From the NCBI GenBank assembly GCA_963822015.1, contig CAWGGA010000029.1, forward strand, positions 30,880 through 94,879: DNA of 64,000 nucleotides, written 5' to 3'. The DNA is from an uncultured Acidobacteriaceae bacterium. Lineage in GTDB: Bacteria > Acidobacteriota > Terriglobia > Terriglobales > Acidobacteriaceae. Positions 8,941 to 18,451 of the stretch are shown here, one piece after another (positions within the stretch are counted from its first letter, which is position 1; each line of letters starts with the position of its first letter). The notes below the pieces were generated by a model, which ran no database searches, was not told the origin of the DNA, and saw nothing but the letters and a program-made list of their open reading frames with translations. The translations under genes were made by a program, and so were the position numbers.

Positions 8941-9864
8941 CTAACTCAGGATCGAGTTGTCGATGAGGCGGGTTGAGCCGACCTAGGCGGCGACGGCGAA
9001 GAGCGTGCCGGGGACTGCGGTTTCGACGGGCAGGAGCGTGGACCAGTCGACGAGGGCGAGGTAGTCGACGCGGAATTCTGGCTCGGCGGCGGCATTGCAT
9101 GCAGCAGCGAAAAGTTCGCGTACGGAGGCGAGGAGTGCTTCGGCACGGCGCTCGCCCTGGGCGACGAGCGACTCGACATGGCGGACGGCGCGGCTGAGGG
9201 TAAGGGCCTGGGCGCGCTGAGCGGGAGTCAGATAGGCGTTGCGCGAGCTGAGCGCGAGGCCGTCGGTGTCACGAACGATGGGGCAGACGACGATTTCGAC
9301 GGCGAGACGGAGATCGGCGACCATGCGGCGGAGGACGGCGACCTGGGCCGCGTCTTTCTGGCCGAAGAAGGCGAGATCGGGCTCGGCGGCGAGGAGCAGC
9401 TTGGCGACAACGGTGGCCACGCCGCGAAAGTGGCCGGGGCGGGATGCGCCGTCGAGGCGTTGGCTCAAGGCTGGGACTTCGATGAAGGTGGAATCGGGGC
9501 CGTTGGGGTAAAGCTCTTCGACAGCGGGCGCGAAAAGAACATCGGCGCCTTCGGATTCGGCGAGTGCGCAGTCGGCATCGAAGGAGCGGGGATAGCGGGC
9601 GTAGTCCTCGTTCGGGCCGAATTGCGTGGGGTTGACGAAGAGGCTGACGGCGACGTGGCTAGACGAGGCGCGCGCGGCGCGGATGAGCGAGGCGTGGCCC
9701 GCGTGCAATGCACCCATGGTGGGGACGAGGGCGATGGCGTGGTTTGTCCGATCGTCTCCCGCTCCCAGGTCCAAAAGCGAGACCTGGAGCACCCGGAGAG
9801 CGGGACCAGCGGCGGAGTTCGGCAACAGTACGGAGATTTGCATCGAGGTACGGAGAATCTGCAT
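8941..9864 (-). CDS. panC: Pantoate--beta-alanine ligase; in-frame TAG at 8983-8985 and a disturbed N-terminus
   Basis: VPTMGALHAGH, FVNPTQF, RPGHFRGV, FGQKDAAQ, GLALSSRN; VGSTRLIDN continues in frame after the TAG to the stop at 8941-8943. Confidence 0.93.
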
Positions 9865-9874
9865 CACGCACGGC

Positions 9875-10820
9875 TCAACTGGCCCAATCCTCGAAGGCGT
9901 CCTGATTGACGATGGCGTCGTCGAAATCGGGAGCGGGGACGCCGCCGAGGGACTGGCGAGAGGGAGCGGGCAGGTGATAGCTCTCGGCGTCGGACGGGAA
10001 GGCGCGATGCTCGACGTCTTCGCGGTAGCGCTCGATGGCGGAGCGGAAGAGCGCGGAGGCGTCGGCGTAGCGGCGGACGAATTTGGCGGGCGGCGCGAAG
10101 GTGAGATTGACGAGATCGTGGAAGACGAGAATCTGGCCGTCGCAATCGGGGCCGGCGCCGATGCCGATTGTGGGAATGGGCAGCGCGGCGGTGATTTCGG
10201 CGGCTGCCTCGCGGGGAACGCCTTCAAGAACGATGGCGCCTGCGCCGGCCCGGGCGAGCGCGAGGGCATCGGCTTGAAGCTGGCGCGCGGATTCGGCGGT
10301 GCGAGCCTGGACGCGATAGCCGCCCATACGGTGCACGCTTTGCGGCGTGAGGCCGAGATGGCCGACGACGGGGATCTCGGCTTCGACTAGCGCGCGAACG
10401 AGATCGACGCGCGGGCCTTCAATTTTGACGGCCTCAGCGCCGGCTTCCTTGACGAAGCGGACGGCGCTCGGCGAGGGCATCGGAGATGGCGCCGTGATAG
10501 CTGCCGAAGGGCATGTCGGCGACGATGAGCGCGCGGCGCACGGCACGGCGCACGGCGCGGGTGTGGTGGAGCATCTCATCGACGGTGACGGCGAGCGTGT
10601 TTTCGTGGCCAAGGACGACCATGGCCAGCGAGTCACCGACGAGGATGAGATCGACACCGGCCTCGTCGACGAGACGCGCGGTGGCATAGTCGTAGGCGGT
10701 GAGCGCGGAGATGGGCTTCGCCTGGCGCTTCATCTGGGTGAGCGCGGGCATGGTGACTTTGGGGAGGGAAACACCGGACGGCGAGGAATGCGCGCCCGCA
10801 GGAAACTCGGTGAGGCTCAT
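9875..10820 (-). CDS. panB: 3-methyl-2-oxobutanoate hydroxymethyltransferase; indel near 10470
   Basis: LTAYDY, ILVGDSL, DMPFGSY in ORF 10434..10820; [28 protein letters not shown] in ORF 9875..10687. Confidence 0.94.
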
Positions 10821-11088
10821 GATTGGCTCCAGTGCCGCTCCGAAGACTCAGGATGCGGCCCGAACAATGCCAGTATACGCCGGATGGATACAGGAATAAC
10901 AGGCCACGGGCGGCGACGCTCAAGGGAAGGTGCGGAGGTAAGCGGCGCGCGCTGGACCGTAGCTCGGATGGTCCGCAGGCCGGACCGCTTCGCAACCAAG
11001 ACTCTCATAAAATGCTATAAGGGACGGTGCGGGCACCGGCGACAGAGCCGGGCAGTCCCGTAAACGCCGCAGCGCGGCGGAGGAATGA

Positions 11089-12270
11089 ATGGCCTACGAT
11101 CTGGCGGTCGTGCTACCCACATTCAACGAGAGAGGGAATGTGCGTCCGCTGGTCGACCGGCTGGAGCAGGCGCTAAGGGGCATTCGCTACGAAGTGATCT
11201 TTGTGGATGACGACTCGCCGGACGGGACCGCGGACGCAGTACGGCGGCTGGCACAGGATCACGAAAATGTGCGCGTGGTGCAGCGGATCGGGCGGCGCGG
11301 GCTGGCCTCAGCGTGCATTGAGGGCATTCTGGCGGCCGCGGCGCCTTTTGTGGCGGTGATGGATGCGGACATGCAGCACGATGAAAGCGTGCTGCCGGAG
11401 ATGCTGCGGCTGATCCGCGAGGAGAATCTGGACCTGGTGGTGGGCTCGCGCAACATGGCCGGCGGAAGCATGGGCGAGTTCGCAAAGTGGAGGGTGAAGC
11501 TGAGCCAGTTGGGCAAGCGGCTGAGCCTGATGGGCGCGGAACACGAACTCAGCGATCCCATGAGCGGATTCTTCCTGGTGCGCGTGGCGGCGTTCGAGCG
11601 GTTTGCGCACCGGCTGTCGGGGATCGGATTCAAGATTCTGCTCGACATTGTGCTTTCGGCGGGGCCGGGCCTGCGCATCGGCGAAGTGCCGTATCGCTTT
11701 CGACAGCGCGAGCACGGCGAAAGCAAGCTGGACATTCTGGTTGGCCTGGAGTACTTCGAACTGCTGGTGGACAAGCACCTGGGCGACGTGGTGAATGTTC
11801 GCTTTGTGCTCTACGGCATGGTGGGCGCGGTGGGCGTGGGCGTACACCTGCTGATCCTGCGCGCGCTGCTGGTGCTGGGCGGACTGAGCTTTGCCATGGG
11901 CCAGGCAGTGACCACGTTCATCGTCATGATCCTGAACTTCGTGCTGAACAATTCCGTGACGTATCGCGACCGGCGGCTGAAGGGATGGAGGTTCTGGGGC
12001 GGGCTGCTGACGTTCTGCATGGCGTGCGGATTGGGCGTGGCGGCGAATGTGGCCATCGCGAACGAGGCTTTCCGCCGCGGAGTGCCGTGGGTGGTGGCCG
12101 CGTTGACGGGGCTGTTGTTTACCGCGGTGTGGAACTACGGCGTAACGTCGATGACGACGTGGCGGCAGGAGCGCCGGTCGAGCGAAAAGCGCGCCCGGCA
12201 GCGGATTGAAGCGGCTGCGATGCAGGCGGAGCGGCGCAGCGACGAAGAGATTCCGGCGAAGACGGCGTGA
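11089..12270 (+). CDS. GT2 polyprenol-phosphate glycosyltransferase (DPM1-like) fused to a GtrA-like membrane domain
   Basis: VVLPTFNE, VDDDSPDGT, VMDADMQHD, SDPMSGFF, GESKL; four C-terminal TM segments. Confidence 0.88.
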   Translation: MAYDLAVVLPTFNERGNVRPLVDRLEQALRGIRYEVIFVDDDSPDGTADAVRRLAQDHENVRVVQRIGRRGLASACIEGILAAAAPFVAVMDADMQHDESVLPEMLRLIREENLDLVVGSRNMAGGSMGEFAKWRVKLSQLGKRLSLMGAEHELSDPMSGFFLVRVAAFERFAHRLSGIGFKILLDIVLSAGPGLRIGEVPYRFRQREHGESKLDILVGLEYFELLVDKHLGDVVNVRFVLYGMVGAVGVGVHLLILRALLVLGGLSFAMGQAVTTFIVMILNFVLNNSVTYRDRRLKGWRFWGGLLTFCMACGLGVAANVAIANEAFRRGVPWVVAALTGLLFTAVWNYGVTSMTTWRQERRSSEKRARQRIEAAAMQAERRSDEEIPAKTA

Positions 12271-12399
12271 AAGACAGGGAACAGGGTTGAGGGAATTCAG
12301 TTGCGAGCGGCGATGCGTAGCGGTTCTTTCGATAGCGCCGCCGGCTGCGCAAACCCGGGTTGCCCGCGTTCGGTTCGCCGCCGCATACTGACAAACAGA

Positions 12400-13140
12400 A
12401 TGATCTCTCCGATTGCGACCGGGGTTTATGCCGGATTGGGCGCGGCAGCGTGCGCCGGACTGGCGGTTGGCGCGTACTCCTATGCCTCAATGTGGCCGGA
12501 CTCGCGGCTTTTCGGGAAAGCGCTGACTGCGCCGAAGCGGCCCGGTGAGCTGGCGCTGACGTTTGACGACGGCCCGAATGCGACGTGGACGCCGAGGATG
12601 CTGGACGTTCTGGCAAAGCATGACGTGCGGGCGACGTTCTTTCTGCTGGGCGGCCGCGCGGCAGCGGAGCCTGAGCTGGTGCGGCGGACGGCGGCGGCAG
12701 GACACCTGATCGGCAACCACTCGTGGTCGCATCCGAACATGGCGCGGACGGCCGCGGGGCGCGTGAGCGAGGAGCTGGCCCGGACCAACCAAACGCTCGA
12801 ACAAATTCTGGGTGCGCCGGTGAGGTATTTCCGGCCGCCGTATGGGGCGCGGCGGCCCGCGGTGTTTCGCATTGCGCGCGAGCTCGGCCTGAATGTGGTG
12901 CTGTGGAACGCGATGACCTCGGATTGGAGCGAGCCGTCATGGGAGCGAATTGCCGAGCAACTGACCGAAAGAATCGATCGGCTGCGGACGCGCGGCAGGG
13001 CGGCGAATATCGTGCTCCACGATGGCGGGCATCGCGACCCGGGCGCGAACCGGCAGCCATCCGTCACCGCGGCGGAGAGGCTGATTGAGCGATACAAAGT
13101 GACGAGCCGGTTTGTGACGCTGGATGCGTGGAGCGCCTGA
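12400..13140 (+). CDS. Polysaccharide deacetylase (CE4/NodB family)
   Basis: LTFDDGP, IGNHSWSHP, FRPPYG, IVLHDG. Confidence 0.92.
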   Translation: MISPIATGVYAGLGAAACAGLAVGAYSYASMWPDSRLFGKALTAPKRPGELALTFDDGPNATWTPRMLDVLAKHDVRATFFLLGGRAAAEPELVRRTAAAGHLIGNHSWSHPNMARTAAGRVSEELARTNQTLEQILGAPVRYFRPPYGARRPAVFRIARELGLNVVLWNAMTSDWSEPSWERIAEQLTERIDRLRTRGRAANIVLHDGGHRDPGANRQPSVTAAERLIERYKVTSRFVTLDAWSA

Positions 13141-13155
13141 TGTATGGGCCTGAGC

Positions 13156-14456
13156 TCAACGGGGGTGCAGGATTTCGAAGGCCGCGCGGGCGGCGGCGAT
13201 GGTGGCCTGAACTTCGGCGTCGCCGTGGGCGGTCGACAGGAACGCGGCCTCAAACTGCGAGGGCGGGAGCCAGATCCCCTGATCCAACATTGAGCGGTGG
13301 AAACGGGCGAATGCGGCAGTGTGAGAGCCGGCGGCCTTTTCGTAGTCGGTGACCGGACCCTGCGTGAAGAACCAGGTCCACATGGAGCCGACGCGGTTGG
13401 TAGTGAGCGGGACGTTTGCCTGGGCGGCTTCGCGGGCTACCCCTTCAGCGACGGCTTTGGATACGGCTTCGAGGCGCGGGTAAACTTCAGCGGCGTGTTC
13501 CTGCAAATAGCTGACGGTGGCAAGACCCGCGGCCATGGCGAGCGGATTGCCGCTGAGCGTTCCGGCCTGATAAACCGGCCCCAGAGGCGCAAGAAGATCC
13601 ATGAAACGGAGTTTCCCGCCGAAGACGCCGACGGGAAGGCCTCCACCGACAATTTTTCCCAGACAGATGAGATCCGGATCGAGCGAGTAGAGCTGGCATG
13701 CGCCGCCGAGTGCAACGCGAAAGCCGGTCATGACCTCATCGACGATGAGCAAGGCGCCGTGCTGCGCGGTGAGGGATCGCGAAGGCCGGCAAGATAGCCG
13801 GGAGCGGGCGGGATGCAGCCAGCGTTGCCGACGATGGGCTCGACGATAATGGCGGCGATCGAATCGGGATGCGCGGCGAAGGCGGCTTCGACGGCGTCGA
13901 GATTGTTGTAGGGCAGCGCAAGCGTCAGGTGGGCGATCTCGTCGGGAACGCCGGCGGATCCGGGGATGCCGAAGGTTGCGACGCCGGAGCCGGCTTTGAC
14001 GAGAAGCCCGTCGGCATGGCCGTGATAGCAGCCCTCGAATTTGACGATGAGGTCGCGGCCGGTGACGGCGCGGGCCAGGCGAATGGCGGACATGGCGGCT
14101 TCAGTGCCGGAGCTGACGAAGCGCATCTTCTCGATGGCCGGATAACAGGCAACAATGCGCTCGGCGAGATCGGCTTCAGCGGCCGCGGATGCGCCGAAAC
14201 TGGCGGAATTGCGCGCGGCGCGCTGGATAGCCTCAACGACGGGCGGGAAAGCGTGGCCCAGGATCATGGGGCCCCAGGAGCCGAAGTAGTCGATGTAGCG
14301 ATTGCCGTCGGCATCGATGAGATATGCGCCCTCAGCGCGATCGATGAATGGCGGATTGCCGCCCACGGCGCGAAAGGCGCGAACGGGTGAGTTGACGCCG
14401 CCGGGGAAGAATTGCTCGGCGCGGGTCTGGAGAAGCTCAGAGCGTGCATGGTGCAT
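13156..14456 (-). CDS. hemL: Glutamate-1-semialdehyde 2,1-aminomutase; indel near 13770
   Basis: [50 protein letters not shown] across two ORFs. Confidence 0.95.
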
Positions 14457-14678
14457 GGTTGCTACAGTATAGATGCAATTGGGATTGTTGCAAGCGAGGC
14501 GCTGGCCCCATTTGCCGTGGATACGCGAACACTACAACACAAAAAGAAAACAAGTTCACTACTCCCGACGCGGTTCATCTAGCTGATTCCCGCAGGTTCA
14601 TTTCTGGATGCTTTATCCACCGGGGAAGGCATATTCTGATGCTGTTTGGTTCTACCATTGAAGAATGAGGGACGCAGC

Positions 14679-15659
14679 ATGACAAACGAACAATCGAGAT
14701 CGCGAAGATTGGCGAGCATCGCCTTCGGGACTGCCCTTACTCAGCAGGCACAAGTAGCAAACGAAAGCAAAACTGTTGGGCACCTTCCCCTAAAGGACCA
14801 TACTATCGACCGGCTTATCGGCAATTTCGAGGAAGCTTCGCATGTCGATGAGGAGGGTATCGAGTTCTGGTTTGCCCGTGACCTTCAGAAACTATTGGGG
14901 TATGCAGACTGGCGGAATTTCCTAGCGGTTATCGCCAAAGCCAAAGAAGCATGCCAAAATTCCGGACAGGCTATCGAGAACCATTTCGTTGACGTCAACG
15001 AAATGGTTGACCTGGGTTCTGGCGCTGAACGAGAGATTGGGAATATTAGACTTACGCGATATGCTAGCTACCTTGTCGCGCAAAACGGCGATTCGCGTAA
15101 AAAGGAAATATCGTTCGCCCAGACTTATCTTGCCATTCAGACCCGAAGACAGGAAATTAAGGACGATAACGTTCATCAGTACGTCCCTCTGTCGGAAGAT
15201 CACAAACGGCTTCTCTTGAGAGACGAGATTAAGGAACACAAGAAGAACCTCGCAAGCGCAGCCAAAGGGGCGGGAGTTCTCGAACCATTGGATTTTGCTA
15301 TCTTTCAGACCTTCGGATACAAGGGCCTTTATGGGGGACTGGATCGGCCCGGTATTCAACGTCGTAAAGGGTTAAGGTCGAAGGACAATATCCTCGATCA
15401 CATGGGAAGCACGGAACTTGCCGCCAACCTCTTCCGGGCGACTCAAACCGAGGACAAACTTAGACGCGAGAAAACGAAGGGAAAAGACGCCGCAAATGCG
15501 GCCCATTTTGAAGTGGGTCAGAAGGTGCGTAGCGCCATCAGAGAGATTGGCGGAACGATGCCGGAGAACCTTCCTAAAGCGGAAAACATCATCAAGGTTG
15601 CGAAACGACTCAAAGTAGCTGCCGTCAACGTGATTGATTCAAACTCTACATCTTCCTAA
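14679..15659 (+). CDS. dinD: DNA damage-inducible protein D (BRO-N-like domain)
   Basis: EFWFARDLQKLLGYADWRNF, LTRYASYLVAQNGD, AQTYLAIQTRRQE, GYKGLYGG, ILDHMGSTELAANLFRATQ, IGGTMPENLP; visibly lower GC than flanks. Confidence 0.92.
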   Translation: MTNEQSRSRRLASIAFGTALTQQAQVANESKTVGHLPLKDHTIDRLIGNFEEASHVDEEGIEFWFARDLQKLLGYADWRNFLAVIAKAKEACQNSGQAIENHFVDVNEMVDLGSGAEREIGNIRLTRYASYLVAQNGDSRKKEISFAQTYLAIQTRRQEIKDDNVHQYVPLSEDHKRLLLRDEIKEHKKNLASAAKGAGVLEPLDFAIFQTFGYKGLYGGLDRPGIQRRKGLRSKDNILDHMGSTELAANLFRATQTEDKLRREKTKGKDAANAAHFEVGQKVRSAIREIGGTMPENLPKAENIIKVAKRLKVAAVNVIDSNSTSS

Positions 15660-15669
15660 AGCTGTTTCC

Positions 15670-15720
15670 TAAGAGCCAAAGGCCGCCAGTGAAGGCGGCC
15701 TAGGCGAGAGCAGCTCTTAA
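15670..15720. terminator. Stem-loop between convergent dinD and the tRNA-like gene (possible bidirectional terminator)
   Basis: AGGCCGCC-agtgaa-GGCGGCCT at 15680-15701, nested in TAAGAGC...GCTCTTA; no strong U-tract. Confidence 0.45.
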
Positions 15721-15726
15721 ACTTGA

Positions 15727-15822
15727 TGGTGGAATTGGCGGGACTCGAACCGCAACCTCTGCTTTACTGTAATCCGCCCTCAGATGCAGGGCAGCGCTCT
15801 AATCCAATTGAGCTACAACTCC
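15727..15822 (-). tRNA. tRNA-like gene with an abnormal, enlarged anticodon arm (identity unassignable; possibly pseudo-tRNA or tRNA-like ncRNA)
   Basis: Minus strand: GGAGTTG/CAATTCC acceptor stem + ACCA, TA-GCTC...GAGC D arm, GGTTCGAGTCC T loop; 26 nt where a 7-nt anticodon loop should be. Confidence 0.75.
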
Positions 15823-16040
15823 ACTGTGTCTAATCTGCCACACTTTGCTTGGGTTTGTTAAAGGCACAATGTCGAGCAGACTTTCCATTTTTTCTGAGTT
15901 AATTTGAGCGAGCAAAAGCTAGCCGAGCAGGTTGCGGCTTCGTCCTGAGATTTGTGGGAAATGCGCCGCGCAAATGCTGCTAGAATTCTGCTTTCCGGCT
16001 CATCGCGCCGAAGCAGATTTCCCAACAGAAAGCCCGGGCC

Positions 16041-17091
16041 GTGCCTCAGGAAACCAAACCCCAATCCGTGACCTACGCCGATGCAGGGGTGGACCTGCGC
16101 AGCGGCGAACACGCCAAGGAGCGCATCAAGTACCTGGCGCAGAAGACCTTTAACCGCAACGTTTTGGGCGGGATCGGCAGCTTTGGGGCGCTCTTCCGGC
16201 TGGACATGCAGCGGTGGAAGAATCCGATCCTGGTGAGCTCGGCCGACGGGGTGGGGACCAAGCTCAAGGTGGCGTTCGAGCTGGGGCTGCACCAGACGGT
16301 GGGCGGCGACCTGGTGAACCATTGCGTGAACGACATCGCCGTGCAGGGAGCGACGCCGCTTTTCTTTCTGGATTACCTGGCGACGGGCAAGCTGAACCCG
16401 GATGTGGTGGAGAGCGTGGTGAGCGGGCTGGCCGATGCCTGCAAAGCGAATGGATGCGTGCTGATCGGCGGCGAGACGGCGCAGATGCCGGGGTTCTACA
16501 CGGACGGCGAGTACGACCTGGCGGGATTTATCGTGGGCGCAGTGGACCGCGACAAGATGATGACCGGCGCGGGGATCAAGCCGGGGGACGTGCTGATCGG
16601 GCTGCCCTCGACCGGGCTGCACACCAACGGCTACTCGCTGGCGCGCAAGCTGCTGTTTGAGCGTGGCCGGCTACAAGCCGACGCAATACGTGACGGCGAT
16701 CAAGGAAAAGGCCGGCGCGGCGCTGCTGAGGACGCATCGCAGCTATCTGCACGTGATTCAGAAGCTGGTGGCGCGCGGGCTGACCGTGGGGATGGCGCAC
16801 ATTACCGGCGGCGGCATCACGGAGAACCTGCCGCGCATATCTGCCCAAGGGCGTGACGGCGCAGGTGGAGATCGGCTCATGGCCGGTGCTGCCCATCTTT
16901 GAGCATCTGCGGGAGCTGGGGAACATTCCGCAGGAGGAGATGATGCGCACGTTCAACATGGGCATCGGGCTGATCGCGGTGATTCCGGCGGCGAAGTTTA
17001 CGCGCGCCAAGAATCTGCTGGACCGGCGGAAGAGAAGTTTTATGTGATTGGCCGCGTGGTGAAGGGCGAGCGCCGGGTACAGTACACGTGA
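16041..17091 (+). CDS. purM: Phosphoribosylformylglycinamidine cyclo-ligase; indels near 16660, 16840, 17030
   Basis: TYADAGVD, DGVGTKL, HCVNDI, GGETAQMPG, GLHTNGYSL, AHITGGG, RTFNMGIG across frames. Confidence 0.94.
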
Positions 17092-17190
17092 GCAGCGGAG
17101 CGGTGGCTTAGCGGAGTATCGGCGCATTCAGCGTCGGACTGCGCAACCGCGCAATGCATTCTGAGCGCAGCGGCTCGTTAGCTTAGGCAG

Positions 17191-17836
17191 TTGAAACCTT
17201 CCACTCGCAAACTCACGCAAGCCGTCGCCTGGGCATTCTGCTTTCGGGCCGGGGATCGAATTTTCTGGCGATTGCCGAGTCGATTCGCGCGGGACGGCTG
17301 AAGGGCGCGGAGATCGCGGTGGTGATCTCGAATGTGGCCGAAGCCGCTGGGACTCGCTGCCGCGCGAGCGATGGGGCTGCCGCACGGCGGTCTTCGTTTC
17401 AAAGGGCCGCAAGCGCGAAGAGCACGACGCCGATGTGATCGCCTGCCTGAAGGCGCACGGCGTGGACCTGGTTTGCCTGGCCGGGTACATGCGGTTGCTG
17501 TCGCCGAAGTTCGTGGCGGCGTTCCCCCATCGCATTCTCAACATTCATCCGTCGCTGCTGCCGGCGTTTCCGGGTTTGGACGCGCAGGAGCAGGCGTTCA
17601 ACTACGGCGTGAAGGTGACGGGGTGCACGGTGCACTTTGTCGACGAGGAGCTGGACCACGGCGCGATCGTGGTGCAGCGGGCGATTCCGGTGCTGGAGAC
17701 GGACGATGCGCATTCGCTGGCGGAGCGGATTCTGGCGGAGGAGCACGAGGCGTATACCGAGGCGATTGCGCGCGTGGTGAGCGGGGAGTACGAGGTGCGG
17801 GGGCGGAGGTACGTGAGGACAGGGACCAGGGAGTAA
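17191..17836 (+). CDS. purN: Phosphoribosylglycinamide formyltransferase; indels in the 5' part; start approximate
   Basis: LGILLSGRGSNFLAI read from ~17228; LAGYMRLL, LNIHPSLLPAFPG, GCTVHFVDEELDHG. Confidence 0.93.
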
Positions 17837-18074
17837 GGGCAAGACGGAATAGGGACATAGCGGAATACGAAATGAGAGAACAAGGAAGTCAGGGGCAAGG
17901 CATCAGCGAGACGGGACAGGACTGACGGGCTTCGGAGTGGAAATTCTGCGCGGACAAATGCCTGTCAAGAGGCTCGCGCGAAGATATTTTGTAACTAGAT
18001 TATTTTTCAACGGCTCACGGCGAGGCGGCAATTTGCAGATTAATTCGCCCGAATCGCCTAGCCTTATAAGTATC

Positions 18075-18444
18075 CAGACAAACGACGGAGTACACAGCGC
18101 TCGGCGAATGAGTACGCCGATCCCGAGCGGTTCCAAACTACTTGCTCAACTGTTGCAGGCTAGCGCAGGCGCTTCGATTGAGCGAACGGAGACCGCGTGC
18201 AGCGGACGGCGCCGGGGCGCGGGACCGTTGTGTGTCTGAGCGTGGCGACTCACCGACCGGATGCAGGGCCGGAACCACGGATGCATCCCGGAGTCAGGAA
18301 GGCCGCTTTGGAGATCTTGCGCAAGGCCGGCGGGCGATGGCATTGACGCATCGGGCCGGCCCTGCGCAGAGAGAAGTTTTCGAGCGCAATCACAACAACC
18401 AAACGAATCACTCCCGCGCGGCAAGCTGCGGCTAAGAAGGAGTG
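18075..18444 (+). ncRNA. Candidate large structured leader or ncRNA
   Basis: Multiple long helices found by eye (see findings); TATAAG at 18065-18070 just upstream; last helix pairs with the RBS of the downstream gene. Confidence 0.45.
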
Positions 18445-18451
18445 TTGTAAA

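Noticed and set aside
7909-11063. Long plus-strand ORFs (7909..8859, 9178..9909, 9626..10390, 10347..11063)
   Set aside because: Antisense shadows of fpg, panC and panB, expected in high-GC coding DNA; no recognisable motifs.
14633-14647. ATTC-N7-GTTT as a LexA box (GTTC-N7-GTTC type) upstream of dinD
   Set aside because: Two mismatches in eight informative positions in AT-rich DNA; not distinguishable from chance without a genome-trained matrix.
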